Origin: a bacterium
GTDB lineage: Bacteria; Zhuqueibacterota; Zhuqueibacteria; Residuimicrobiales; Krinioviventaceae
Direction of reading: 5' to 3'
NCBI GenBank assembly: GCA_963675755.2
Contig: CAXXMD010000002.1
Span: 32,001-96,000 of the forward strand
DNA length: 64,000 nt
In this document: positions 37,459 through 46,897 of the stretch, in pieces
How the letters are laid out: each line of letters opens with the position of its first letter
How positions within the stretch are numbered: the stretch's first letter is position 1
Notes under the pieces: model-generated
Told to the model about the DNA's origin: nothing
The model's database searches: none
Seen by the model: only the letters and a program-made list of their open reading frames with translations
Translations under genes and position numbers: made by a program

Positions 37459-38949
37459 ATGGTGGTATCGGCTTCTCAAAATGTCTATTCTTCTCGGAGT
37501 AATCCGGTTCCAATAATCATAACAGTTGCGTTACTGGGTGTAATCCTTTCTGTATGGGCTGTTTGGGCCCTTGATTTCAAATGGGCAGTATTTACAGTTA
37601 TGGGTGTTTTGTTCCCGTTTGCAATGGCAATTGTGGGCAAAGCGAGACGTTTTGTGCTGGCATTATTGGTTTTTACAATTCCCCTGAATATCGATTATAA
37701 TATCCTGTTTCATCCCAGTCCCGGTGGTGCGAATGCGTTCACCATTGGTTTGACTGATATTTTTCTGTTTGTCTTGATTTGTATTACCCTTGTAAATCTG
37801 TTAAAATATAAACATGAATTATATTTTTCTTTTTTCCCCGCAATATCATTACCCGTTTTAGGGTTGTTTGTATTTTATCTGATTTCCATGATCAATTCGC
37901 GCGACCTGTTGTGGAGCGCTTTTGATATGTTTAGCCTGTTCAAAGTCTGGTTGTTTTTTCTTTTTGTTGCCAATAATCTTGAGAATAAAAGCGATGTAAA
38001 GCTGGTTATTGCGGCATTGTCATTCGGATTATTGTTGCAGGCCTTTTTTGTAACTCTCCAGTTTTTTAACGGACAAAGTATGCTCAATATGCTGGGTCTG
38101 GGAGCATCATCTAAAATGCTGGCTTTTGAGATGCAGTCCTCTATGGTAAACCGACCAGGTGGTACCGTTGGGCATTGTAATCACCTTGCCCGCTATATTG
38201 GCTTGTTATTGCCTTTAACACTTGTGCTTGCTTTGGTTAGTTATCGCCGCTCATGGCGGTGGTTCATGTCTATTGTTACACTAGCGGGTGTAATTGCCAT
38301 GATCTTTACACTGACACGTAGTTCATGGATCGGCTTGTTGGGATCTGTGATGGTTATGGTGCCGGTTCTGTTTGTTTGGCGACTTGTTAATTTTAGAACC
38401 ATAACAGCCATGTTTGCTGTTTCTATTTTGTTCCTGTTGGTCATTTTTGCTTTCAAGGATGTGATATGGGGACGTATAACTTCTGATGATCTGGGTTCAG
38501 CAAAAACCCGTTTAACCACTGCCAAAGTTGCGTTCAATATAATCAAAGATCATCCTTTTATTGGTGTTGGAATTAATAACTATGGCTCTGTTCTAGAGCA
38601 ATATTGGGATGCTGAAGATACATTTACCCGTAGAGCAGCCGTACATAATACCTATTTATTGTATATGGCTGAAATTGGACTTTTGGGATTTGCAGTTTAT
38701 TTGTGGCTGCTAGTTGCTTTTTTTGCAAGAATTAAGACTGCAATAAAAAGTAGAATTAAATATTTTTCTGCTGTGGCAATTGGAATTTTGGGAAGCTTTA
38801 TTGGATTTTTAATTATGGCATTTCCTGACAAAAGTTACAAGGAAAACATAACGCTTTTACTTGTATTTTTTGCCCTGGCTGCTATAATTGAAGGTATGAA
38901 CCGAATTTCATCGCAAAATGAAATGACTCATGTGTTAGCAGAGAGATAA
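37459..38949 (+). CDS. O-antigen ligase/Wzy-like polymerase
   Basis: More than 10 TM segments; R..GT.GH.N.LA, T.TRSSW.G, HPF.GVG.NNY, VHN.YL...AE.G..G. Confidence 0.88.
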   Translation: MVVSASQNVYSSRSNPVPIIITVALLGVILSVWAVWALDFKWAVFTVMGVLFPFAMAIVGKARRFVLALLVFTIPLNIDYNILFHPSPGGANAFTIGLTDIFLFVLICITLVNLLKYKHELYFSFFPAISLPVLGLFVFYLISMINSRDLLWSAFDMFSLFKVWLFFLFVANNLENKSDVKLVIAALSFGLLLQAFFVTLQFFNGQSMLNMLGLGASSKMLAFEMQSSMVNRPGGTVGHCNHLARYIGLLLPLTLVLALVSYRRSWRWFMSIVTLAGVIAMIFTLTRSSWIGLLGSVMVMVPVLFVWRLVNFRTITAMFAVSILFLLVIFAFKDVIWGRITSDDLGSAKTRLTTAKVAFNIIKDHPFIGVGINNYGSVLEQYWDAEDTFTRRAAVHNTYLLYMAEIGLLGFAVYLWLLVAFFARIKTAIKSRIKYFSAVAIGILGSFIGFLIMAFPDKSYKENITLLLVFFALAAIIEGMNRISSQNEMTHVLAER

Positions 38950-38953
38950 TTGA

Positions 38954-39754
38954 ATGAATTCTCAAGACATTGCAGGCTTTATCGGAAATAACAGTCTATT
39001 AAGACGTTTGGCTTTTATTGCAGTGCATTTGACAACTTTGCGTGAATGGTATTTACGCAAAAAATTGAAACAAACTTTGACAAATTCATTTACTTTTCTG
39101 GATGCCGGAAGTGGAATGGGACAACATGCAGTTTGGATTGCTGAAAATTATCCAAAATCACAGGTTTTGGGAATTGATACTGATAGCAGACAAATTGAAG
39201 ATTGCCGACGTTTTGCAACAAGAAACAATATCCCTAATCTGGCTTTTGAGTCCGGTAGTCTTGATGAGGTAAAACTGGATACAGAATTTGACCATGTTCT
39301 TTGTGCAAGTGTTTTAGAACATATCGAGAACGATGATAAAGTTTTAAAATCCTTTTACAAAATTTTAAAACCCAATGGTACCCTGATTGTTTATGTACCT
39401 GTTTCTGAAAAGCGGGTTTTAAAAAGTTTGGAAAGAAAAATAAACAAAATAACAGAACAGGCAAATGCAAAATACCCGCATGAGCATGTGCGTTATTACA
39501 AACCCAATGAATTGTTGGATAAATTAATGAATAACGGCTTTAAAATTAAAACAAATCAACATACATATGGCACATTTGGCAGATGGTCTTATGATATTGT
39601 TACAACTGTACAATACAGTCGTTTTTTTAAATTGATTTTTCCTTTTTACTTTATACTGGTGCATCCATTTGTGATGCTCCTCATGTGGCTGGATATGCGT
39701 TCCGAAAACCTGGATGGGAATGGGTTGTTGGTAGTGGCGGAAAAGGTGATATGA
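38954..39754 (+). CDS. Class I SAM-dependent methyltransferase
   Basis: FLDAGSGMG, FD.V....VLEHIE.D, LKPNG, HVR.Y. Confidence 0.88.
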   Translation: MNSQDIAGFIGNNSLLRRLAFIAVHLTTLREWYLRKKLKQTLTNSFTFLDAGSGMGQHAVWIAENYPKSQVLGIDTDSRQIEDCRRFATRNNIPNLAFESGSLDEVKLDTEFDHVLCASVLEHIENDDKVLKSFYKILKPNGTLIVYVPVSEKRVLKSLERKINKITEQANAKYPHEHVRYYKPNELLDKLMNNGFKIKTNQHTYGTFGRWSYDIVTTVQYSRFFKLIFPFYFILVHPFVMLLMWLDMRSENLDGNGLLVVAEKVI

Positions 39755-41178
39755 ATTATTTAAACTCGATAATTTCAAATACTGTTGCGCGTGGGTTAAC
39801 CGAATTGGTGAACCGTGCAGGCGGTGCTGTGTTTTGGGTGATGGTGGCACGCTATCTCGGTATTTCAGGTTTAGGAACGCTGGCCTATGCTTTATCCTTA
39901 TTTTCTTTATTCTCAACCTTGTCATCTATGGGACTGGGCAACGTAGCTGTTCGTGACATTGCCAAAGATAAAACCAAAGCGGGTGTTTATTTTGGTCAGG
40001 GCCTTTTGCTGGGTTTGGGACTCTCTTTGTTATTTGCAGGTTTAATGATTACCACCAGTCTTGTTCTGAAACCTGGAGAATATTCTATTTTTGCTTCTAT
40101 AGCTATGGCTATTGCTATTTTCCCTGCTTCAGGATTCTACTGGAGTAAAACCATGCTTAGCGCTGCTGAAAAGATGGGTTACATTGCCATTGCACGCGCG
40201 CTTGAAAACAGTTTCAAAGTAATTGTGGGTTTGATTATGATCCTTGCTGGCGCCGGAATTAAAGAACTGGTGCTGGTAATTGTTTTCAGCAAAGTTATTT
40301 CTTTTGCTGTTTGTTTTGCATTTGCAAGTGACAAAGTTGCCCGTCCAGTTTGGCGTTCAGACAAAGAGGTATTGGGCCATTTGATCAAGCATGCTCCGTC
40401 ATTTTCTCTTATCAATTTGTTCAACAGTTTATTCTGGTCAATATCTGTTTTACTGCTTACATCTCTTCGTGGTGAAGCTGAGGCAGGTATTTTTAGTGCG
40501 GCTTTTAAATTGGTAGAGATATGTATTGCATTGGCCCTTGCGTATGGACAGGCATTCTTTCCGGTTATATCTCGAATTTCCCGTTCGGAAAGAGAACTGT
40601 TTCAACAGCTATTCCAAAAGTCTATTAAATTTATTACCATTGCCACTCTGGCGGTTGCAGGAATTATGCAGGTGATTGCACCTCAGTTGATTACACTTTT
40701 CTATGGCCCGGGTATGGACAGGGCGGTACCTGTATTACAGGTTTTAATCTGGTTGATTGTTCCTTTTGGTATTATTCCGGTTATGGCTTTTACGCTCATT
40801 AGTATTAATCAGCAAAAATTTGACCTGGTTGCCAATATTTCCGGTACTATGATATTATTTGTTACAAGCATGATCATTGTTCCGGTTTCGGGAGCTTTGG
40901 GCGCTGCTATTTCCATAGTTATTGCAGGATTTGTATTTTTGGCCGCTGAACTGTTTGGTCTTTCCAGTAAATTCTATCGCTTACAAAATGCTGTTGAATG
41001 GCTCAAACCTCTGCCAGGTTTATTGTTGATGTGGAGTATTGCTTTTATATTAAAAGATTATCAGGTTTGGCTTGCCATGTTTAGTGGCGCGGTTATGTAT
41101 GTAATTTATTTGTGGTTGAGTAAAACAGTTACGCAACCTGAAATTTTATACTTAAAAAAATGGGTTTCTGTCCGATAA
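39751..41178 (+). CDS. Wzx-type flippase
   Basis: ARYLG..G.G, multiple TM segments, AGIFSAAFKL, FFP.ISR; ATGA overlap with the upstream gene. Confidence 0.9.
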   Translation: MNYLNSIISNTVARGLTELVNRAGGAVFWVMVARYLGISGLGTLAYALSLFSLFSTLSSMGLGNVAVRDIAKDKTKAGVYFGQGLLLGLGLSLLFAGLMITTSLVLKPGEYSIFASIAMAIAIFPASGFYWSKTMLSAAEKMGYIAIARALENSFKVIVGLIMILAGAGIKELVLVIVFSKVISFAVCFAFASDKVARPVWRSDKEVLGHLIKHAPSFSLINLFNSLFWSISVLLLTSLRGEAEAGIFSAAFKLVEICIALALAYGQAFFPVISRISRSERELFQQLFQKSIKFITIATLAVAGIMQVIAPQLITLFYGPGMDRAVPVLQVLIWLIVPFGIIPVMAFTLISINQQKFDLVANISGTMILFVTSMIIVPVSGALGAAISIVIAGFVFLAAELFGLSSKFYRLQNAVEWLKPLPGLLLMWSIAFILKDYQVWLAMFSGAVMYVIYLWLSKTVTQPEILYLKKWVSVR

Positions 41179-41188
41179 TAATAATGAA

Positions 41189-42181
41189 ATGATGAACGAT
41201 AATGCTAAAATATTGCCCAGGATCTCTGTTATCATTCCGGTACGTAACCGGGATGATGTCATTCTAAGGACTCTGAATGCACTTGAAAATCAGGATTATG
41301 ATCAATCGCTTTATCAGGTGATTGTTGTGGATGATGCTTCAACAGATGAAACACTGGACCAGTTGATTGCTTTTTCGGCAGATACCCGAATTGATTTTAA
41401 AATCATTCAGGGACCCGGTAAAGGTGCGGGATACGCTCGCAATCTTGCCATGGAACATGCACAAGGTGAAATATTATTGTTTCTGGATGGTGATACAATA
41501 CCGGAATTGGATCTGGTGAGAAAACATGTTGAGCTGCATGAACAGCATTATCATCCGGTATGCATTATGGGACGTGTTGATATGTCTCTCGAACTTGACA
41601 ATCATCGTCAGTACCGATTATTCGATACAGAAATGCCTTTTCATTCTGATAAAATGCAGCGGGTAGATTGGCAAATGTACCGGGCTGCAAATACATCTAT
41701 AACCTGGTCTGCCATTCACAGTATTGGTGGTTTTGATCTGGAATTAAAAGCTGCCGAAGATACTGAATTGGCCTGGCGTTTGAACGATAAAGGGATTCCA
41801 ATATATTATTATAATTCACTGGTTTGTATGCATCACCATCCCATTGATGTTGAAGGATATATGGAAAAAGGTGCCATGTATGGCCTTGCGGTAGGTGTCT
41901 GGTATAAAAAAGCCCCTGAAATACGCCGTGAATTGGTATCCCGATATGGTGTTACCGCACCGGAATTGACAGTATTTAGAAAGTTGAAACATACCTTTAG
42001 AAGTGTATTTATTAATCGATATACATTCCCTTTGATTGTTAAATCAGGAAAGATAATGCGAAAAATCTGGTTAAAGGGATCAGAAATTTTATTAAAGAGT
42101 GCTTTTCGGTTCAATACCCGAAAAGCTTTTGCAAATTATGTTTTTTCGAATACGGGTAATATAGCGGCGGGGAGGTCGTGA
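41189..42181 (+). CDS. Glycosyltransferase family 2
   Basis: ISVIIPVRNR, VIVVDDASTD, ARN, LFLDGD, GGFD, ED.EL..RL. Confidence 0.92.
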   Translation: MMNDNAKILPRISVIIPVRNRDDVILRTLNALENQDYDQSLYQVIVVDDASTDETLDQLIAFSADTRIDFKIIQGPGKGAGYARNLAMEHAQGEILLFLDGDTIPELDLVRKHVELHEQHYHPVCIMGRVDMSLELDNHRQYRLFDTEMPFHSDKMQRVDWQMYRAANTSITWSAIHSIGGFDLELKAAEDTELAWRLNDKGIPIYYYNSLVCMHHHPIDVEGYMEKGAMYGLAVGVWYKKAPEIRRELVSRYGVTAPELTVFRKLKHTFRSVFINRYTFPLIVKSGKIMRKIWLKGSEILLKSAFRFNTRKAFANYVFSNTGNIAAGRS

Positions 42182-43437
42182 TGAGAGTATTAATGACCCA
42201 TTGGAACTATGCACCGGAATTTTCAGGAGCTGCTTTACAAGGACATCGGTTGTCACTTGAGCTCATGAAACTTGGAATAGAAGTAAATGTGTTGACCGGA
42301 ACGGATAATCCGGATATGGTTGGAACAGACTATGTTGATGGCATCAAAGTCGTCAGGGTGTTGCGTGATAAATCATCACGTTTAAAACATTTACACTATG
42401 GCTGGGAAATGTTCAAACATGTATTGCGGTTTCGCCATGATGTGGATGTAGTGCATTCACATGGATTTATTGCACCTGTAAATATAGCAGCCAAACTTGC
42501 CAAATTACCGGTAATCCAGAAAATTACCAACCTGAATGTTGATGATCCCATTACTGTGAGGAGACGTAAACTGGGACATATTCTGATTAAAATATTCAAC
42601 TATTCACGTATTCTTGTGCCAACATCGCGTTTGCTGGAAAGAACCTGCAGACGTACTGATAACTCTCAACCTTTTTTCGCCAAAGTGTCTAATGGTGTTG
42701 ACCCCAATCTATTCAGACCGGTTTCTGCTGATGAGAAAAAACAAATTAAACACCAGTTGGGTTTGCCACGCAACCGTACAATTTTCCTGACGGTGGGCTC
42801 TGTGACCCATACAAAAGGACTGGATCTTTTAATCAATGCACTATATGAATTAAAACTCACAACATACGATGATTTTTTATTGCTGGTAATTGGCCCTAAT
42901 CATTTGAGTAAAAGTTTTGGCTTGGGTGACGAACCTACTGACACCTTTACCCGAAACCTTTTGCGTTCGATCAATGATAAGGGACTGTTCAAACATGTGA
43001 AATTTTTGGGAGTACAAGCCAACATCCATGAATATATGCAGGCAGCTGATGTATATATTCACTCAAGTCGCCAGGAAGGCCAACCCAATGCTATATTGGA
43101 GGCCATGGCAAGCGGTATTCCCGTAGTTGCTAACCGTTTACCTGGTATAACCGATGAATTGCTGCAAAATGGTCGTTACGGTTTTGTAGTTGACAGTGAA
43201 AATGATGTCGAGTTTGCATCTGCCATCCGTGTATTGATGAAACATGAAAAAATTCGTGGACGTATGGGAGCCTATTCCCGTATAGAGGTTTTACAAAATT
43301 ATAACCTTTGGAAAATCGCAGAAAAATATCGCTCATTATATTATAGCGTAGTAGATGAAGAAACAGTGGCAGAAGCGGGTATGCCGCAAGAAAATCAGTC
43401 ATTATTATCAATATTGAACCATATTAAACACAAGTAA
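42178..43437 (+). CDS. Glycosyltransferase family 4 (GT-B)
   Basis: NGVD...F.P, KGLDLLI.A, FLG, S..EGQPNAILEAMASG.PVV. Confidence 0.92.
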   Translation: MMRVLMTHWNYAPEFSGAALQGHRLSLELMKLGIEVNVLTGTDNPDMVGTDYVDGIKVVRVLRDKSSRLKHLHYGWEMFKHVLRFRHDVDVVHSHGFIAPVNIAAKLAKLPVIQKITNLNVDDPITVRRRKLGHILIKIFNYSRILVPTSRLLERTCRRTDNSQPFFAKVSNGVDPNLFRPVSADEKKQIKHQLGLPRNRTIFLTVGSVTHTKGLDLLINALYELKLTTYDDFLLLVIGPNHLSKSFGLGDEPTDTFTRNLLRSINDKGLFKHVKFLGVQANIHEYMQAADVYIHSSRQEGQPNAILEAMASGIPVVANRLPGITDELLQNGRYGFVVDSENDVEFASAIRVLMKHEKIRGRMGAYSRIEVLQNYNLWKIAEKYRSLYYSVVDEETVAEAGMPQENQSLLSILNHIKHK

Positions 43438-43438
43438 T

Positions 43439-44119
43439 ATGGATCTGCAAGATCGTTTAGATAAACGTTTTTCACCGCAGGCTGTTGCATTCAAAAGAAT
43501 CATCAGCAAAGTTGTACAGCCGTTTAAGATTGAAAAAATTCTTGTGGTTGGCTGTGGTCGTGGATACGAGGCAATCAAATTACAAGAACTGTTTGGTGCA
43601 AAAATTCATGGGGTTGATGTTGAACAGGAATTTGATGTCAGGGCTGAACAATATGCACAGTTGAGCAACTATGATGGGGAAACCCTGCCGTTTACCGATA
43701 ATCATTTTGATATTGTCTATTCATTTCATGTTCTTGAACATGTAGAGGATGTAGATAAAATGTTGTTTGAAATGAAGCGGGTAATAAATCAGGGCGGATG
43801 GGTTTATATTGGTGTTCCGAACCGTTCACGATTGTTTGGCTATTTTGGAATGAAAGATAAATCGTTTTCTCAAAAATTAAAGCAAAATCTGCATGATTGG
43901 CAGGCCCGTATTCAAGGCCGTTTTGAAAACCGTTACGGTGCACATGCCGGGTTTTCAGCATCAGAATTAGGAAAGCTTTTATCAAATCATTTCACCCATG
44001 TAGAAAATGTTACCGGATTGTATTATCTAAACAAACGTAGTTATTTCAAGCTGTTGCTGCATTTACCCGGTTTTTCTAAATTTATTTTACCTTCTGTTTA
44101 TTTTCTTGCCTCAAAGTAA
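43439..44119 (+). CDS. Class I SAM-dependent methyltransferase
   Basis: LVVGCGRG, LPF.DN.FD.V...HVLEHV, VPNR. Confidence 0.88.
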   Translation: MDLQDRLDKRFSPQAVAFKRIISKVVQPFKIEKILVVGCGRGYEAIKLQELFGAKIHGVDVEQEFDVRAEQYAQLSNYDGETLPFTDNHFDIVYSFHVLEHVEDVDKMLFEMKRVINQGGWVYIGVPNRSRLFGYFGMKDKSFSQKLKQNLHDWQARIQGRFENRYGAHAGFSASELGKLLSNHFTHVENVTGLYYLNKRSYFKLLLHLPGFSKFILPSVYFLASK

Positions 44120-44228
44120 AGAGCATTACCTGTTTATACTGCAAAATTTTTCAATTTTGTTTTTAAATCTTGATTTATTGACGGTAGAATGTTAATTTTA
44201 TTTCGAATTGAAAAATTAAAGGTGAATT

Positions 44229-44642
44229 ATGAAACCGAAAATAATCATAGGCTTTGTTGTTATTCTGTTTGCGTTGGCATTTGTTATTATAGGTGGTCTC
44301 CAGGAAACAGCCGTTTATTATATGACCGTACCGGAATTGCATGCTAAATCTTTACCCGAAGGTGAAGGTGTACGGATCAGTGGATATGTAGATCCTGAAT
44401 CGGTACAATGGAACGCTAAAGATATTGAACTGCGTTTTAGTATGTATGAAGAGAGTGATACATTGAGTGTCTTTTACAAGGGAGTTATTCCTGATCAAAT
44501 TTATGATGCACAAATTGTCGTAGCAGAGGGAACCCTTGCACATGATGGTTCTTTGGTTGCCAGTAAAATTTTACTCAAATGTCCTTCAAAGTATGAAACA
44601 GGGGACCCTGAAGAGCATCTTGAAACCAAAACACAGATATAA
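44229..44642 (+). CDS. ccmE: Cytochrome c maturation heme chaperone CcmE (CxxxY variant)
   Basis: N-terminal TM, YY.T..E, VR..G.V, V.Y.G..PD, A..ILLKCPSKY. Confidence 0.9.
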   Translation: MKPKIIIGFVVILFALAFVIIGGLQETAVYYMTVPELHAKSLPEGEGVRISGYVDPESVQWNAKDIELRFSMYEESDTLSVFYKGVIPDQIYDAQIVVAEGTLAHDGSLVASKILLKCPSKYETGDPEEHLETKTQI

Positions 44643-44663
44643 TGAATTTTATATATAATTTTC

Positions 44664-44699
44664 AAGCCCTGGTCATGATTATGGTCAGGGCTTTTTTTT
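44664..44699 (+). terminator. Intrinsic terminator
   Basis: AAGCCCTGGTCAT-GATT-ATGGTCAGGGC followed by T8. Confidence 0.8.
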
Positions 44700-44813
44700 G
44701 TCTATAATATTTCATACTTTATATTTTAGTAATAGGTTATTTTTATACTCAAAATGGAACATTGATTGGGATGGGTTGTTTATTAATAAACAATTTAATA
44801 TAGGCGGGTAGGT

Positions 44814-45986
44814 TTGAGATATATTTTCCCAATTATCAGTAGTCTTTTGATTATTATCGGTGTATCGTTTATTGCATCTATGATGTTGAGGTTTTTTAAT
44901 AAACGTATCTGGCAATCAATTTATTTACAAAAATTTGCCAAATGGCTTCCCCGTGCAACTGCTTTATCCCAGTTGATCTGGTTAGTTGGAATTGTTTTAG
45001 GTGCAGGTGTTTTCTATTTAATAGGAGGGTCTCTTACTACGGTACTGATATTTTTTATACTTGCACTGGTTTTAGCTCTGCCAATTTCATGGTTGTTTTA
45101 TCAAATTGGCTCCAAAGTAACAAATACCAGTCATAATGAGCAACGGCGCAAATTTTTAAAAAGCATAGCTGGTGTTTTCCCTGTAGCCGCACTTTCTTTT
45201 GCCGCAACCGGAGTCGTTAAATCATATAGCAAAGTCAAAGTACCTATCATAGAGGTGCCTGTTCCTGATTTACCTCTGGCTTTAAACGGATTACGGATTG
45301 CGCATCTTTCGGATCTGCATTTGGGTTATTACTTTCAACTGGATGAATTACAACTCGCGTTATATGATATTAAAGCCCAGAATCCCGATATCTTTTTTGT
45401 AACCGGAGATGTAGCTGATGAACTGCATCAGCTTGATAAAGCTTTGAATATGATTAATGGTTTGGATACACCCCATAAAGGATTTGCGAGTGTGGGGAAT
45501 CACGAGTATTATCGTGGTATTGATAAAGTTATTTCAGTTTATGGAGACAATCCAGTTCCATTGTTACTTGATCATGGAGTTACTATACAAATAAATGGAC
45601 AGCCGGTTTATATTGGCGGTGCAGACGACCCTGTATCTCATCGGCTTGATATGCAATCTTTTTTGCGCAACACCATTGAAAAAAGTATGCAGGATGCCCC
45701 AGAGAATGCCTTTAAAATCTTGCTCAGCCATCGTCCTGCAGCTTTTGATATTGCTCAGAATATGGGCGTTCATTTAACTCTTGCTGGTCATACACATGGT
45801 GCACAATTTGGTTTTAATGGGCGCAGTTTTTTTGAAGGTAATCCTGTTGAACGTTATTTGTGGGGTTTGTATAGTAATAAAGGTAAATCGCTTTACACAT
45901 CCTGTGGAATGGGACACTGGTTTCCTTTCAGATTCGGTTGTCCTGCTGAAGCACCTATACTGGTGTTAAAACGGGCAAAAGCATAA
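44814..45986 (+). CDS. Membrane-anchored metallophosphoesterase (YkuE/YaeI-like)
   Basis: N-terminal TMs; SDLHLG, TGD.AD, GNHEYY, LSH.P, LAGHTHG.Q. Confidence 0.9.
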   Translation: MRYIFPIISSLLIIIGVSFIASMMLRFFNKRIWQSIYLQKFAKWLPRATALSQLIWLVGIVLGAGVFYLIGGSLTTVLIFFILALVLALPISWLFYQIGSKVTNTSHNEQRRKFLKSIAGVFPVAALSFAATGVVKSYSKVKVPIIEVPVPDLPLALNGLRIAHLSDLHLGYYFQLDELQLALYDIKAQNPDIFFVTGDVADELHQLDKALNMINGLDTPHKGFASVGNHEYYRGIDKVISVYGDNPVPLLLDHGVTIQINGQPVYIGGADDPVSHRLDMQSFLRNTIEKSMQDAPENAFKILLSHRPAAFDIAQNMGVHLTLAGHTHGAQFGFNGRSFFEGNPVERYLWGLYSNKGKSLYTSCGMGHWFPFRFGCPAEAPILVLKRAKA

Positions 45987-45999
45987 TTGTGGAATAAAT

Positions 46000-46803
46000 A
46001 TGAATCTAAATGAAAAATACGGGCAATACGCATTGGTAACCGGTGCTTCTTCCGGTTTAGGACTTGCTTTTGCTGAATATCTGGCAGCACACAAAATGGA
46101 TTTGGTTCTGGTAGCACGCAGAGAAGCAGAGCTGAAACTGATTACCAATCGCTTACAGAGCGATTATTCTGTTACTATAATACCGATAACTCAGGATTTA
46201 TCTGATCCTGGTTTTATGGATAATATTGAATCTAAAATCAAAGATCTGGATATCGGGCTTTTGATCAATAACGCGGGTATTGGTGCATCGGGTGAATTTA
46301 CCACAATCGATTTGAAACGCCATATGGAACTTGTCCGTTTGAATTGTCAGGCGCCTGTTCAATTGAGTCATTATATACTCTCTGGTATGAAAAAAAGAAA
46401 ACGGGGCGCTGTAATTTTTTTAGGATCAATTGTAGGGCATGGAGGCACCCCATTTTATTCTACATATGCAGCATCAAAGGCTTTTAATATTTCACTGGCA
46501 AAATCTATTTGGTTTGATGTTAGATCCTATAATATTGATGTATTGGCTATTTCTCCCGGTACCATAAAAACGGATTTTCATCGTAATGCAGGAATGAGCC
46601 AACCTCGTATGGCCATGCTGCCTGCCCAAGTAGTTATGGGTGCGATGCAAAAATTAGGGAAAAGTATTGAATATGTACCGGGTACCCTGAATCGTTTCTT
46701 GTCTTTTTTTAATGATTTGTTTAATGGTGCATGGTATTACCAAAAGAAATATAATTATATAAAAAAGAACATGTTTGAAAAAAATGGGGAACCTGAAGCG
46801 TAA
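46000..46803 (+). CDS. Short-chain dehydrogenase/reductase
   Basis: ALVTGASSGLG, LINNAG, YAASK. Confidence 0.92.
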   Translation: MNLNEKYGQYALVTGASSGLGLAFAEYLAAHKMDLVLVARREAELKLITNRLQSDYSVTIIPITQDLSDPGFMDNIESKIKDLDIGLLINNAGIGASGEFTTIDLKRHMELVRLNCQAPVQLSHYILSGMKKRKRGAVIFLGSIVGHGGTPFYSTYAASKAFNISLAKSIWFDVRSYNIDVLAISPGTIKTDFHRNAGMSQPRMAMLPAQVVMGAMQKLGKSIEYVPGTLNRFLSFFNDLFNGAWYYQKKYNYIKKNMFEKNGEPEA

Positions 46804-46897
46804 CTTGTTCGTTACATTTCTAAACGACAAATAAAGGGAGATGCATTCGCGTAATTTGATACAAAACTGATTTTTCACAATTACAGGATTTAGGTTT

